NCBI GenBank assembly: GCA_001244265.2
Contig: CDLV01000007.1
Coordinates: forward strand, 1,674,001 to 1,738,000
Direction of reading: 5' to 3'
Length of the DNA stretch: 64,000 nucleotides
DNA from: Microbotryum violaceum
Taxonomy: Eukaryota
Shown here: piece after piece, positions 13,083 to 26,318 of the stretch
How the letters are laid out: every line of letters starts with the position of its first letter
Position numbering within the stretch: position 1 is the stretch's first letter
Notes under the pieces: generated by a model
What the model saw: only the letters and a program-made list of their open reading frames with translations
What the model was told of the DNA's origin: nothing
Database searches by the model: none
Program-made: the position numbers and the translations under genes

Positions 13083-13819
13083 ATGGGCTCGTGGAGAATC
13101 TCGAGGTCGTCCGAGTCTTCAACGCTTGTCAGCCCGACTCTCCGTCGCCCTCCCCGAGCTCAGCATCATCTTCTTCCTCGACCTCGTGCTCCGATCGTAA
13201 ACCCAAAACTTCTTCCACTCGTCTTTCATACACATCATCGCGGTCTCGCTCGGCATGCTCCGCGGCTGGATCGGGGGTCAGGCCAAGTTCCCTTCGGAAT
13301 GCGTCGAGGTCGATGGTTGTGTGGCGCACGTCCACGGCAGAAGGACCTGATGAGCGGCGGCTCGACTCAGTGACGAGGCTCTGTATTTGAGTATTATTCA
13401 GCGTCGAAAGGCGGCGACCGAAATGACGTGGACTACCGCGCGACCGGCGCAACACCTGTTTCGCCCGTCCGGCGAAAACTCCTCCGATCAAACCGAATGC
13501 CGTGGGCCGCGATTCATGAACTGCGGGTAAACGGGTAAACGCATTCTGAACCAGACAACCGAGAGATCATCGCATTCGGCGAGCCGATCCAGACGCTCTT
13601 TGACCAAAATCTGCCGGCGTTGAAGCACATACCACACCGCAGTGCCAACCTCGCCCGCGGGTGGAAGCGGTAAACGCTGAAGCGTTGCTGGGAGCAGACA
13701 GGAGAGGCAACACATCGTATGGTCGGTGGGCTTCGATTCAAGATATACGACAGAAAGCGTGAGGGAACAGAAAGTAGTAAGACCAGGACCGTGATTGATA
13801 GCGGCGCGTCAAGCGGCAA
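13083..13819 (-). CDS. Element B cargo gene 2, hypothetical Cys-containing protein with acidic tail (probably disrupted)
   Basis: ORFs 13514-13819 (CVASPVC...CGMC) and 13129-13491 (acidic tail) lie on the same strand, convergent with cargo gene 1. Confidence 0.35.
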
Positions 13820-14302
13820 TGCTGTTGCTCGCTCGCGCTCAGGCTCGCTACGGCCGGTCTACCAGCGTGGTGAGACGGCACGTGACTTAACCACGTCCAT
13901 CAATGCTACCTTATCCCCACCGCTAATGAGGTAATGATGTAATGATGTTCTAATCGAGCTTCTTCTCGCTACTAATCTAAAGAAGAAATTGACGATGAGT
14001 TTTCCGAATATGCTTTATACACAATGGCAGCATTTATAAGATTGGATTACCCCGATACGAGCTCGCACGTACATGAGATGAACGTGTTGAAGGCCACACC
14101 AGCCTCCATGTTGCGCTAGTCCTCGCGCCATCCAGCAACCCGGGTTACGGGCGGGCAACATGTATGGCTACGCCGCGCGGAAGCGAGGGTCGGAGGCGCG
14201 CTGCGCGCGCCACTTTTTAGCGTGCTTATATATATAGCCAGAGGTGTCTGAGGCCCACAATTTGTCCACTCGGGCACTACGCGCCTCAGGCCGGCCTTTC
14301 GG

Positions 14303-17300
14303 CGGTCATGTCGAGAGTGGGCTCCGGTGCGGACAGGGTACTACAGGTGATGTAGGGCGTCTATGGGCGTCTCTGCTGGCTCTATTATGCTCTACTACGC
14401 TCAAAAAGTATGTATACGGCAAGGGAAGATGATACATGAAGATTAGCGGAAGCTGTAGCAATTTCGTTTTTTTTCGGGGCGTACCGCACATTTGTTGGCG
14501 CAGAGTACGCCCCAAATGGCTCACGCTCCGCCCTAAAAGGCGTACTGGGTCCGAGGTCGGTACGCCCGGGGCCTACGTGAATTGGCACACGTACGCTCCA
14601 AAACTTTAGATCGCATTTGTGGCTGCTACAGCGCATTGTATGCACTCTGACAGTCACCAGTTAGGTCTAAGGGCGTGGCTGTACAACCCTCTAGCAGATG
14701 AAGCAGATACAAGTTGATGGTCACAAAGTCGAAGCTGTTACTACTTGGAGCACCGCGCAACGACTGAGGCCGGCCTGCCCTAGGCTCTGTACGAACGCTG
14801 ATATGTGTGCTGTAGCAATCAAGGGGGTAAGACGGTACCTAGCTCCAGCATTAATTGCTGTCAACCCTGCAAAGTCGCACTTAGCCGTGACGGATAAGTC
14901 AACCTGGCGACTTGACTCAGAGGACTAATTTTTCCGACAAATTAGGTCTCACTTTGGCGTCAGTGCTACACGCGGCCATCTGCGGGCCCGCATCGGAAGG
15001 TGCTTCCTTTGAGTCGACCACCCAGGCCACCAACGATGGCCCGTGGAAGACGAAAGAAATGGACGCCAAAGGCTCATGCCCCACCTCCGATATCTGAGTG
15101 TGAAGCAAGACTTCAATCGCGGCGGACGCGTCTCCAAGTCCTCGACCTACCCGGTGCCGTTGCGTCGCCACCGGCGTTCTCAGCTCCTTTCCCCTCGGAG
15201 CCAACACACATACATAAATCGAGCTCGAAGCCTCATTGGAAATCGAGCCTCGAAGACGTGTTTGAAGATGTTGAGCCCGCCGGGTCCTCCCAGCGAGGCT
15301 TCTCCGACGACGTTGACGCGACCCATTCACATTCACCGGTCAGCTGCGAAGGGTGCGTACTGCGTCAGTCACCATCGTTACTTCCACCCCTAATTTTCTG
15401 TACTGCTTCTAGTCTATCAATGAAGTGGACCTGTCTCCTGGATCGGAGAAAAAGCTTTACGAGCCACAGATTCGCCAACGAGTAGACTACAGCTCGGTGA
15501 GCAAACGGACATTCCCATCGTCGCGGCTGCCCGTTCATTGTCCATCGTCAGGGGCCATTTCTGAACTGACGTGATGGCTCATTCCACCCATGGCCCGTTC
15601 CACCCAAATCGACCATTTGGGCGCTCTAGTTACAATCGAGGAGGTCAATGACTTCGCTCCAAGGGGACAACCCGAGGTCTTTGGACCCGCCTGTTCCCGA
15701 GTCGCGACCGCACGGCGAGACGAGCGATTACTGTACCGTTGCAGGTTCTGCTGGGGCCGATCCTGAGGAACTAGACGACACGTTGGATCATGCTCGAATG
15801 GACAGCAAAAGTATTCTGCGCGGATCTCGTACAAACCGCACCAGTTCGCGACTCGCCTTCGTCTCATCAATTCAGCGTCGCGACATCGATTTGTTCTTCG
15901 GAAGAATCGAACACCCATGAATCTGATGACCTCTTGGGTCACGACGACAGTGCTCTGAACATGGAAGGTGAGCGAGTCTTCAATGCGCAACTGCGGTACA
16001 GGCTCACTCAATTGTTGAATCTATCCTCAGAAATCCCCCTTGGCAAAATTGACCTCGACTTCGACGATGTGACATCATCCGTGACCGAGCGCCTTTCACC
16101 ACGCCCCTTCAAGTCTATTCTGCTGGGTACGTTACAAAAATTTCATCACAAAGGGAGGAGCACGTAGCCCATGCTTCCGTCTTGGGCCTAACGAACCTGC
16201 GTTTGTTACAGTGCATCGCTGTGAGGTTCCAACCATCTGGCCATCGCCAAGCAAATTTCGGTCCGCCACATGTGGTGTAACCGCATACGAATATAACGGC
16301 GATTTGTTTCTGTCGCTTCGAGACGTATTCAACGGTGCCCGCAATATGTTTCTTTGGAGGGGCCCACACCCACGTGCTTCACCATCAAGCCCAACGGAAG
16401 CAAAGCACCGTACCCTGGACGCGGGACGCTCGAAGCTCAAACCTGGTCTTTCGCGATGACACTGGCTTGGAGCACCGTTGGTCATTCCGAGCCGTCACTC
16501 AGCTACGCGATCAACACATTTCAACGAAAAGTGGGGTTGCAATGAGTCCGGATGGCGAAATTCAATGGCATCAATTTGATGGACTCAATCCAATAGGGTC
16601 AATTGCGCATCTCGCCACCGAGCTCGTCCCAGATTTGCGCGCCATGGCTTCTTATAGCTGGTGGGTGTACAAAGGAAACCGGAATGCGCTGCGATCACTC
16701 AATGCCATTCTAACAAGGCGATGGACGACCTGGCTGGAATTGATGATTACCGACCTCGAGCCATCTGCTGCGCAAACGTACGGCGCGCGCAGGCGAAACC
16801 CCGATGTGAAAAGCTGAGGGACCCTTACTACCGACCGTGGCTATGGTGCGTCAGCGCTACGAGGTCATGGGTCTGGAGTTGGGCGTCGTGGAGGAGGGAG
16901 CACAGGCGGGCCGCCAGACGCTCAAAAAATTCAGGGAAGCGGGCTCCGCCCGCAAGTATCAAATTGACAAGTTAAGGATTCTGGAAAAGGTACGTTCGGG
17001 GACGTGATGGCGCATTGGCTGCAACAATGGTGGTGTCACGGCCATCGGTTCTCTGAACATCCCCTCTTTGTTCACAGGCTATCGGCTTGCACCCAGGGCA
17101 TTCGCTGTTCGAGGACAAGTATTGGGCGCACAAGCCTGTCATGGTCAAGCTCAGATGCCCAACTTGTGCCGCGGGAGGCTGTGTGGAACGCCGGTCGCCT
17201 TCACTCAGGATCTCATCCGCTGTAACTTATGCGGATACTTACATAAGTTGCATGCCGAGATCTCCAAAGAGGAACAAAGGACGACAAGATGCATCATATG

Positions 17301-18713
17301 TGTGAACGTGGTGTCAACGAAGGATCTGCGCGCAGACGAGGTTTAGGAAGCTCTCTGGAACGTAAGTGGCCTAATGTATGCCGCTTTGTGGAACTCCCTG
17401 TGTTCCATACTTAATACGGATTTTTACTACAGTGTTTCGCTTGCTAGTTCATGCGCATGGGCTTACAATCAGTGAGGCTTGGAGGCTAGTTAGGGTCCAT
17501 GATTATGGCATCGGGATGGGCTCGGAGCGCAGGCACTGGCTGAAGTCTCATGTCCAGAAGAAAGCGTCAATCTCCAGCTGGTCCCGGGTAACAAGCTGGC
17601 ATGGACTTTCAGCAATGCGAAGCAATTGACAGGAAGCAAGAATCGGGAGTTTCACTTAGTGTGAGTCAGTATCCTGAATAGCATGGCAGAGTGGGCTGGC
17701 TTGGCTGACCGGCATTGCCTACTTGTCACTCTTCATCAGTTGCAGGTTCCCACTGAGGCAATACTCAAGAAGACTTGGGGCACAAATGCTAGTTTGGTGA
17801 AGACATTTATCAAAGACACCAAAAAGACTTTCAAGCATCTGAACGTAGGCAAGTGACCAAAAACCAGTTTGCGCAGAAAAAACTATCAGGCTGATCCTTA
17901 CCCCAAGCTCTTTCTTGCACATCGAACATAGCCGCCTCCTTCTCCAGTGCGAAGAAGCTGGCGGCGGAACGGTACACCGATAATGATAGCGATGAGGATG
18001 GCCCTGTGAGACATCACTACTTCCCCATGTTGCAGAAGTGGTACTTATTTGCAATGCCCTTGGTCCAGATCATCCCACTGGGTGGGCATACAGCGTCCTG
18101 TAGAACCATGGCAGTTGTGTGATTCGGCCCCTGTATCGCTTCATGTACCATATCTCTTTTTGCGCTGTAATCGATGCTCTACTAAGGGGGTTTGCGATTG
18201 CTACAGCACACATATCAATGTTCGTACAGAGCCTAGGGCAGGCCGGCCTCAGTCGTTGCGCGGTGCTCCAAGTAGTAACAGCTTCGACTTTGTGACCATC
18301 AACTTGTATCTGCTTCATCTGCTAGAGGGTTGTACAGCCACGCCCTTAGACCTAACTGGTGACTGTCAGAGTGCATACAATGCGCTGTAGCAGCCACAAA
18401 TGCGATCTAAAGTTTTGGAGCGTACGTGTGCCAATTCACGTAGGCCCCGGGCGTACCGACCTCGGACCCAGTACGCCTTTTAGGGCGGAGCGTGAGCCAT
18501 TTGGGGCGTACTCTGCGCCAACAAATGTGCGGTACGCCCCGAAAAAAAACGAAATTGCTACAGCTTCCGCTAATCTTCATGTATCATCTTCCCTTGCCGT
18601 ATACATACTTTTTGAGCGTAGTAGAGCATAATAGAGCCAGCAGAGACGCCCATAGACGCCCTACATCACCTGTAGTACCCTGTCCGCCCCGGAGCCCACT
18701 CTCGACCGTACCC
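14303..18713. mobile_element. Element C: 4.4-kb long-TIR element (MULE-like architecture) inserted in the right TIR of A
   Basis: ~515-bp near-identical TIRs (14303-14820 and 18196-18713; identical ORFs appear on opposite strands in the track). 9-bp TSD GCCTTTCGG at 14294-14302 and 18714-18722. Confidence 0.9.
15036..17346 (+). pseudogene. Element C cargo gene, multi-exon, frameshifted, with C-terminal CxxC pairs
   Basis: Begins MARGRRKKWTPK (NLS-like). Chain of + strand ORFs ends in CPTC...CNLC...CIIC; several frameshifts and stops; no DDE motif seen. Confidence 0.5.
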
Positions 18714-18865
18714 GCCTTTCGGGGGTCCTGCCGTCTGTGGCCGTTACCGTTTCTTTCCCGAGCGCGACTCGACGCACCTCCATCGTCGCTCTGGCTTGCC
18801 ACTGCTCCGCGCGCCCTCCCAGTCATCCCGGCAGTAGCATATCACGCCACCACTCTGCGCTCGTC

Positions 18866-20413
18866 ATGGTCTCCGTGAATACCAGTCACTCACTTGCAAA
18901 AGCTCACGGACCTCCCGTCACGTTGACGCGAGTCGCACGCGCAGCTTCGGCCCCAGCACCGGTCTCGTCATGGTCAACCAAAGGCCTGGCCTATGTCCGA
19001 CTGCTCTCCCCCGCCCCGTCCATCACCTCGAAGTACCTCGACTCGCCCTCGGAACGTATCAAGCAACTCCGCCAGTTGATCCTGCTCGAGTCCTTACCCG
19101 CCGGCGAAGAAGGCGCAAGACTGAGACCGTTGGTTTGGAAGCTGTTGCTCAGCTTGAACGAGCTACCGCCGCACGATGAACATCACTACGACAGGCTGTT
19201 CCGGGATGACGATATGCATCCCTTGCTTGACGCCAAGACTTACTACTCGCTCGTGTGAGTCTCAATCTTGCCTCGGCCCGCCGCTTTCGATGGGCAAGAT
19301 AGGAGATCACTCTCGCTCGGCCCAGCACTCATCACCCGATTTTCCGCCACCCATCGCAGCTCTAGAGATCCCAGTCCTATGTTTTCCAAGATCCGCAACG
19401 ACACCTTCCGGACCCTGGCTACCGACCTCGAGTTCAAGGATCGAGTCGGCGAAGATCGTCTCGTCAGGTTGTTGGAAGCCTTTGTCTGGAGGCAACTCGG
19501 TCAGCCTTACGCCTTGACGTGAGTCAAGTACTAGGGACATGGTTAGGCTGAAGTTCTTCCCCTTTGCGAATATAGATGCGACTGCAGAACAAGACGATCG
19601 TCTTGGTCCTCTTTCGGCATCATCCTCGATCGACCCAAGGACCCCCTATGTCCAGGTCGGTCCTCTCTCCGGACCCTAAACTTCTGCCTCTCGAGGCTGA
19701 TCACCGCTTACCCCAAACCAGGGCATGAACGTCCTCGCCGCTCCATTCCTCTACGTCCTCCCAACGCAAATCGAAGCATTCGCTTGCTTCTCGACCTTCA
19801 TCGAACATCATGCACCGCGCTACGTTCGGCCGACTTTGGACGGCGTGCACGCGGGTTTGCACGTATGTCTTACCGAAAATACTAACTGCTTGAGTTCCTG
19901 GTTCATACCGCTGATCCTCTCCCCTCCTTTCCTCTGCAGCTCGTCGACCTTTGCCTCGCCGTCCTCGACGAACCGCTCCACGCCCACCTCCTCTCACACC
20001 GTCTCACAGCCGAGCTCTACGCCTTCCCTTCCCTCCTCACCTTCTGCGCCTCGACACCGCCTTTGCATGAAGTGCTCGAGTTGTGGGACTTCCTGCTGAG
20101 TTGGGGCGTAGGTTTGAATGTGGTTTGTGTGGTCGCTCAGTTGTGGTTGATGAGGGATGGGTTGCTTGTTTCGAATTCGTGAGTCGTCCCACAACCTTGA
20201 GAAAAAAACTTCCCGACTTGCTCAGGAAAGTGAGTTTACCCATCCCCTTATTCTTCCCCTCCCCCCTTTAGTCCGATGAAACTCCTCCGCACCCTCCCAC
20301 CATTACGATCAAAGGACATCATCCCTTTGGTCGTCCAGTTCATCGGTGAATTGGATCAGGAGTTGTACACGTCGGTGATGCGACATCCTTGGGATGATGG
20401 GTTGAGGTTCTGA
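18866..20413 (+). CDS. BUB2: Bub2/Cdc16-like TBC-domain GTPase-activating protein, 6 exons
   Basis: LRPLVWKLLL, KIRNDTFRTLATD, YVQGMNVLAAPFLY, AELYAFPSLLTFCASTPPL and PMKLLRTLPPL motifs across GT-AG introns. Confidence 0.92.
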
Positions 20414-20741
20414 ACTACTTCTGCTAAGCGCAAGATGAAGTATAGGTGGGTGTTGGGCTCATTCTTTTGTATGTGTATCCTAAAGTTTTTCGAATTATTT
20501 CGAATGGGATGAGCAAAGTCCCTCTTGCGCTCTTCAATGCCCGCGGCTCTACCCTGGAGCGTGGTGGAGGAAGGTCGCCGGCACCGGTTATCGAAGAAAG
20601 CCCTTCGGTCGCGCCAACCATGATTACCTGGGAGTTAATAATACATTTCAAAACACGCACAAAGATGCCGCAGTCCCCGTTGAGTTACCCTCCCATCGTT
20701 CTTTTTCTACACTTTCTGCTCCTCCTTTGAACAAAGTGCAC

Positions 20742-21812
20742 TCATTGTGTCTGATGAATGCGGAAGGTGGTGTAAGTATTCAAACGCACTGAGGCAGTAA
20801 TTGGTGTGTTCTCTGGGGGACCTACCGGCTTGATCTTGTAGTGCAGGGTGATGAGGGAGAACACGAAGATCTGTCGAAGAACGTATAAGGCTCAGCACAT
20901 TTATCCTAACCAAGGCGTTCCGAACCCGATGTCTCCTTCAATCTCGAACCAGTCCGCCCTTATGAATTGAGTTGGACCTACTTTGAGGTCCTGAACGAGG
21001 TAATAAAACACCCTCAACCCTTCCGGGTCGTCGGATTGCTGCACGTCGACCAAGGACCCGATCTTGGCCGTTTCGAACGAGGCGTGCACGCGCCCGAACT
21101 TGAGCTCCAGCTCTTGTTTACCGACGACGTTCTTCTTGGGCCACGCGGTGTCGTTCTCCCTGAAGGAGGCGAAGCACAAAGATGGTTAGTTGAGGGCGTG
21201 AGGTGGGGCTTTGAAGGGGAGGTGCTAGGAGCAAGGTTGATGCCTATTCCGCAAGGGACTTTGAACGTACTTGATGATGCCGGATTGGGAGATGATGCGT
21301 TGCAGTTCGAGCATGGACGATCGCGAGAGCCATACTATACTCGTATCGTCGTATAGAGCGAATGGAAGAGGACAGGGGAGAGAGCGTCAGGTCAGCCTAA
21401 GCTCGGTGCTGTTCAACCGTGGGGCGGACGGCGGATCCGAGTTGCGATTGTACAAACATTCTTTTCGGATCAAACTCTCTCTTCGGTAGCTGTTGAGTAG
21501 GAAAAGAGGTGGTAATCGTAATCGGGGGGTCAGACACACGATGAGGGTTCGTGGAGGACACGGTCGTGCTAGGCCCCAGCGAACGTACTTTGAGTTGTTG
21601 GCATACCGTAACCTTCCATCGTGTGTGAATTCGAATTCGAGGAACTGTCAGGAATGCGCCGAACGAGGGTATGTTGTGAAGAAGTCAGCGGCGTTGCCAT
21701 TTGACCTGGAAGACGGGCCAGGGCCAGCACTAAGCCGTACCTCGTGACCGTGCTGCCCCGAGTGGCCGGTGTAGTATCGCAGGTAGAACTCTTGATCCAG
21801 TGTCGAGTCCAT
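20742..21812 (-). CDS. MAGO: Mago nashi (exon junction complex core protein), multi-exon
   Basis: [74 protein letters not shown] and [12 protein letters not shown]. Confidence 0.95.
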
Positions 21813-24599
21813 GGTGAGGTGAGTTAAGAGTCGTGGATGGGGTGCGCGGGTGGGTTGGTGGGTGAGGAGCAAGCGCACCATTCGACGACGGCGCACGACG
21901 ACGGCCCAAAGGCGGTCCAAGCGGCAGAGCAGCCTGTAATTGCCAGTGGCTTGCGCGCACTGGTCATTTTGTTTTGTGGGCGGAAACAGAAGAGCGAAAC
22001 CGGGCTCATATAGGCACAAGATGGTCAAACAAGAGAGCACGTTGCCCTCGAGAAAGTGGATCTTTTCTGTTTGTTGACGTGTAAAGCACTATAAGTATTC
22101 GACGCGAGCCAAGCGCGCTTGAAGTGACGGTCACGTTCGAATTTCAAATCCGTGGTGCATGCGCATCTCGATACGTGCACTCAAAAGCTACCAAACACGA
22201 AAGGGGTTCACGAGGGAGGCTCAATGTAGGAGTTGGATCTGGCTAGGCTAAACAAGGACAAGTCGCCTGCCACTTGCACCGCCAGCGTAAGAGTTCCGAG
22301 GTGAAACCAATTCGAAAGCAACAGAAAAAGAAAAGGGGACCTTGTCGACCGAGGTGGAGATGGCTTGAAGACCGTGTGCAGCTGGAGGTTGATGCGTACA
22401 TTAGAAGTAAGCTACCTGGTACCATAGGATTAGGCTACATGCTACTCACTGATGTTTGGGGTACCGTGAACCTCCTTCGATCCGAGCAGGTGAGATCGGT
22501 CGACTCGGTACGCAGTGGAGGCTGCTCTGTGGTGTGCGCGAGGATCGAATCGTCAGCCCCGCCTCGCCCGTCGTCGCTGCAAGGGCCGGCGAGCACGATC
22601 GATCCATCGATCGATCAAGGGTCAAAGCAAAGACTCACGGGGTGCGATCAAATGCAAGCGGTCTTGTGTACCAGCAACAACCTCAGTGACATGCCGTAGG
22701 CGCCATTCAACACTCGTCGACGAGTGGATAGGCTGATGGCAAGCCGTGATGCAGCGAGAGACGGTAAGGTCGGAGGCAGTGGCGAGGTGGGAAGCGAGAG
22801 ATCGCAGTGAGAGGGGAGAGGGGAGAGGGGAGAGGTGGTGTGGGGTAAGATGATGGAGGTGGGATGGTGAGAGATGGACGCGAGACGGGTAAACACGAAA
22901 CGAGTCTGTCCGACCCTACGCCACACGAACACGATCACAGCTAGGTGGTTACTCACACTTTTAACGGTGGGAGGGATCGAACGACAGACTCTACCACATC
23001 ACAAAGGCCACCGTTTCGTATCCTCCTGAAAAGGGGGGCGATGTCGGCAAGATTAAGTGGTGCGAGAAGTGCAGAGCGCGTCGACGAGGAGAAGGAAGGA
23101 GAAAGAGAGAGAGGCGACGAGCTCGAGGTGGTAGCTGACTTGGGCGCGGGGTGTGCGCTTGGCAGAATGAGTCATCTCATCGATATGACGCCACGCTGTG
23201 ACTTCAAGCTTTCGATCTTCTCCACCTCTGCCGAGCGCGGCCGAGCGCGGCCCGAGAGCGGCCGATCGCGCCGAAGACCTGAACGGACAGGGGACCCCAC
23301 ATCGGGCCAACGACCCACCCCTCGGAAAGACCGAATACCTTGTCGATCAAGCTCGGTCAAGTCTCAGCAAGTAGGTTGAGCTCCAGGGATCACCCCAGAG
23401 TTGAGATCGCCGCGATCGATACAGCGGTTGTCGCTCCGGCAGCTTGGTCCGAGTTGGGACGACCCCGAACTCCGAGTCCGCCGCGGAGCTGAGTTGCGGG
23501 GCCGGCTTCACGCGAGAGCTCCGACGCAGCGAGTCGAGGCTGTCATGCAAGTAGGGTGGCACCCAAATACAAAGTCATGAAAGAAGTTTTTTTTTATACA
23601 TGTACGTCGAACCATTGTTCGTCAGAAAATTGGCGGATTCTCGCTGCCTAGATCGTGGACGCTCAAGCTCCCCACTGCGATCTTCCGAAAGGAGGCCGCC
23701 GCCTTGACCAGACTAAGATTGAGAGCAAAAATAACGAATAGGGGGTACAGGCTATTTTACGGTACAATTTGAAATATTATGATGCATCTTCTCACACTAC
23801 TCTGAGCTTGGACGACGTTGGACCTGCCCCCGTTTGCTTTTCGGCTCGGACCGAGCTAGCGGGCAGCGCGACGTTCTCGAACACCTTTGATTCTTCCTGC
23901 ACCCTGCACCTTGTACCTTGCGCCTTGCACCTACACACCTCATACCTCCTCCGATGACGGTCAAACACGGCCACGACTGCCTCGATAACGCTTTAGAGGT
24001 CGTTCCAGACGCCCTTCTCTCTCGGGAGACGAACCTGAGCAGCGCGCTGGTTTCCCTCGTCGGCAAGATCGATGGCAAGTCACTTCCTCAGAGCCCCTTC
24101 GCAGCCCGTAACTGCTCCGGGACGCTTTGCCGAGCAAACCCTAGCTGACCCTCTACGCTGTCCATTATTGTTCTCCACTCAGTCGCCATCATCGACGGCT
24201 CTACCACATTCCAACATGCAAAGCCGCGACGGACCGCGCGAAACACAACGAGCCGAAGCGAGGCCGGCTGTTCCGCAATGCGATCATTCGACACCTCGAG
24301 GAGATCATTGCAGTCCAAGTGGTCGTGGTACTTGATCATCCCATCCTTCGTCCCGAGCTCAAGCGGAACACCGTGCTCGATCGCCAAGATCGCCAGCAGC
24401 CGCAACAGCCTTCCGATAAATCGACCCCTGTCACCCACCCCGTCCCCTTCATCACGAACGAGACCCTCGCCGCGTGCGTTTACGGACGATCGAGCAAAGA
24501 ATGGGAGGTCGCTTTTTGCCACGGTGACGAGCCAACCCGAGTCGCCACCTTTGTTCGCTGGTCGCAAGGCTTTCTCTGAATCGGACTCCGTTCTCGCAG

Positions 24600-26250
24600 T
24601 CGTCAGCTTTGTCTTCCCTCAACCTCCTTACCTCGGGCTTTCCAAGATGATACATTTCGATACTCTGGTCAGTTCGACGTGGATCGACCCAAATACTGGA
24701 ATACCGCTGATACATTTCCTTCTTTCCACAGTCCTTCGACGAAGATGTCATCGTCCCTCCCATGACAGAATTCTCTTCCGAAACCACAAACTCAACCACA
24801 TCCGAAGCCAAGACCACCGAGATCTCCTCGGATTCAACGGCGGACGACTACGGCAAGAGGAGTAATACGTCGGATGTTTGGTATGTGGTGTTGTTCCATG
24901 TAGAATGGAGTCGCAAGTCGAGGGAGTTGGAGATGACGTTGGCGAGAGTGTCGAATCGGTTGAGTCCTTCCGGCTGAAGTTTGTTTGGACCGCTTCCGGC
25001 TGCTGAAATTAAACCTAATTTACGTCCAAATAGTCCAGATGAAATTGAACCTAATAAAGGTAAAGCTAAAATACTTAAATACATTTAACGTAAACTAATT
25101 GAACCTCGAAGTCTGTAAAATGCAATAAAGCGTAAAAACCGTTGAGGTACGCAAAGATTGACTGGACACTATTAAAAAATGTATTCATCTCTATAAGTCA
25201 ACAGAATAATAAGTTTAATTTATACCGTATACTACTAAATTCGCCCGTTGAATAATATATATAAGAGGAATAATATATATAAGAGGAATAATATATATAA
25301 GAGGAATAATATATATAAGAATAAGGAATAATATATATAAGAGGAATAATATATATAAGAGGAATAATATATATATATAAGAGGAATAATATATATAAGA
25401 GGAATACAAAAATCATATTTTAGCAAGAGAGGTTGAACCAGTCTTTTCTAGTCTCACCAACCATGAAAATAGAGCTGCTTGTGATTGAATCCCACTGATT
25501 AGCAGTAAAATTGTCTTTTCTAGTGTCGCCTACAATGAAAAAAGGGCTGCTTGTGCTTGTGTTTGAATTTCACGGCATAGCAGTAAAATTGTCTTTTGAG
25601 AGAATAAGGGCGAGCTCTTTGGGTTGGCTAGTGAATAAGGTGGATCTCTTTGCGTTAGTGAGAAACAACAAGGACCCAGAAAGCGATACGTCGTACTTCT
25701 CTATCATAGACTCGCGCCATCCACTTTGAGTTTCGGCGCCGTCACCCCCGAATCGACCCCTCCAATTTTCTACGACCTCGACCTCTCGACCTCAGTCACC
25801 TCCTCCTTCCAAGACCTTCCCCTCATAGCCCTATACCACCGTGGCGAACTCGTCGATCGACTACCCAAGAATGCTCAAAAGATTGCGCTCGAGCGAAAAG
25901 AGAGGAGGGAAGAGATGAGGAGACAAGGTTGGTCTAGTAAGAGTTTGAGAGAGGGGCAGAGGAGGAGGGAGAGGAAGAAAATAACTGAGGGAGCGGATGC
26001 TGGGGATGGGGATGAGGGTAGTGAGAGTGGTTCGGGGACGGACGAAAGTGAGGATGAGAGGGAGGTACAGATTATCGCTGCTGTATGAATGGGATCGAAC
26101 GCAGGTGAGTGATGCTATCTCGCTTTTTGGCGGTCGTCGATGAAGAGCTGACGATTTTTGGGCGGGGGGTGGGGACTTGACAGGGGTCGATCGAGAGGGC
26201 GTTTGGGTTGAATGCCAAATCTAAAGCTGGGTCCAAGTGTGAGAAATAAA
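24600..26250 (+). CDS. TMX2-like thioredoxin-fold membrane protein; 5' exons unresolved
   Basis: FPQPPYLG, WYVVLFHVEWSRKS, LSFGAV and QDLPLIALYHRGELVDRLP match the TMX2 pattern. Intron 24959-25709 rejoins the frame exactly. Apparent 1-nt shift near 26080 before YEWDRTQ. Confidence 0.65.
25251..25406. repeat. 18-bp AT-rich minisatellite (AATAATATATATAAGAGG), ~8 copies
   Basis: Directly visible tandem units with two length variants. Confidence 0.95.
25441..25597 (+). repeat. Degenerate ~72-78-bp tandem duplication
   Basis: GTCTTTTCTAGT...ATGAAAA..GCTGCTTGTG...TAGCAGTAAAATT occurs at 25441 and 25513; a third GTCTTTT starts at 25591. Confidence 0.8.
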
Positions 26251-26318
26251 CTTCTTTTTAACCACATGTTTTAGCCAGTTTCATTGCCCGCGGATGGCGG
26301 CAACTTACATTGTACGAC

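Larger units (their letters stand above)
25005..25690 (-). other. NUMT 2: nad4L 3' end / nad5 5' end plus AT-rich non-coding DNA, inside an intron
   Basis: Minus strand reads IAFYRLRGSISLR-TAA-ATG-YLSILALPLLGSISSGLFGRKLG, the classic nad4L-nad5 junction (ATG at 25084). Right boundary approximate. Confidence 0.85.

Noticed and set aside
22050-23760. Short ORFs upstream of mago nashi
   Set aside because: Overlapping low-complexity ORFs as expected by chance in GC-rich DNA; no motif or splice pattern.
25198-25426. Tyr/Ile-rich ORFs on the minus strand
   Set aside because: They are translations of the 18-bp minisatellite.
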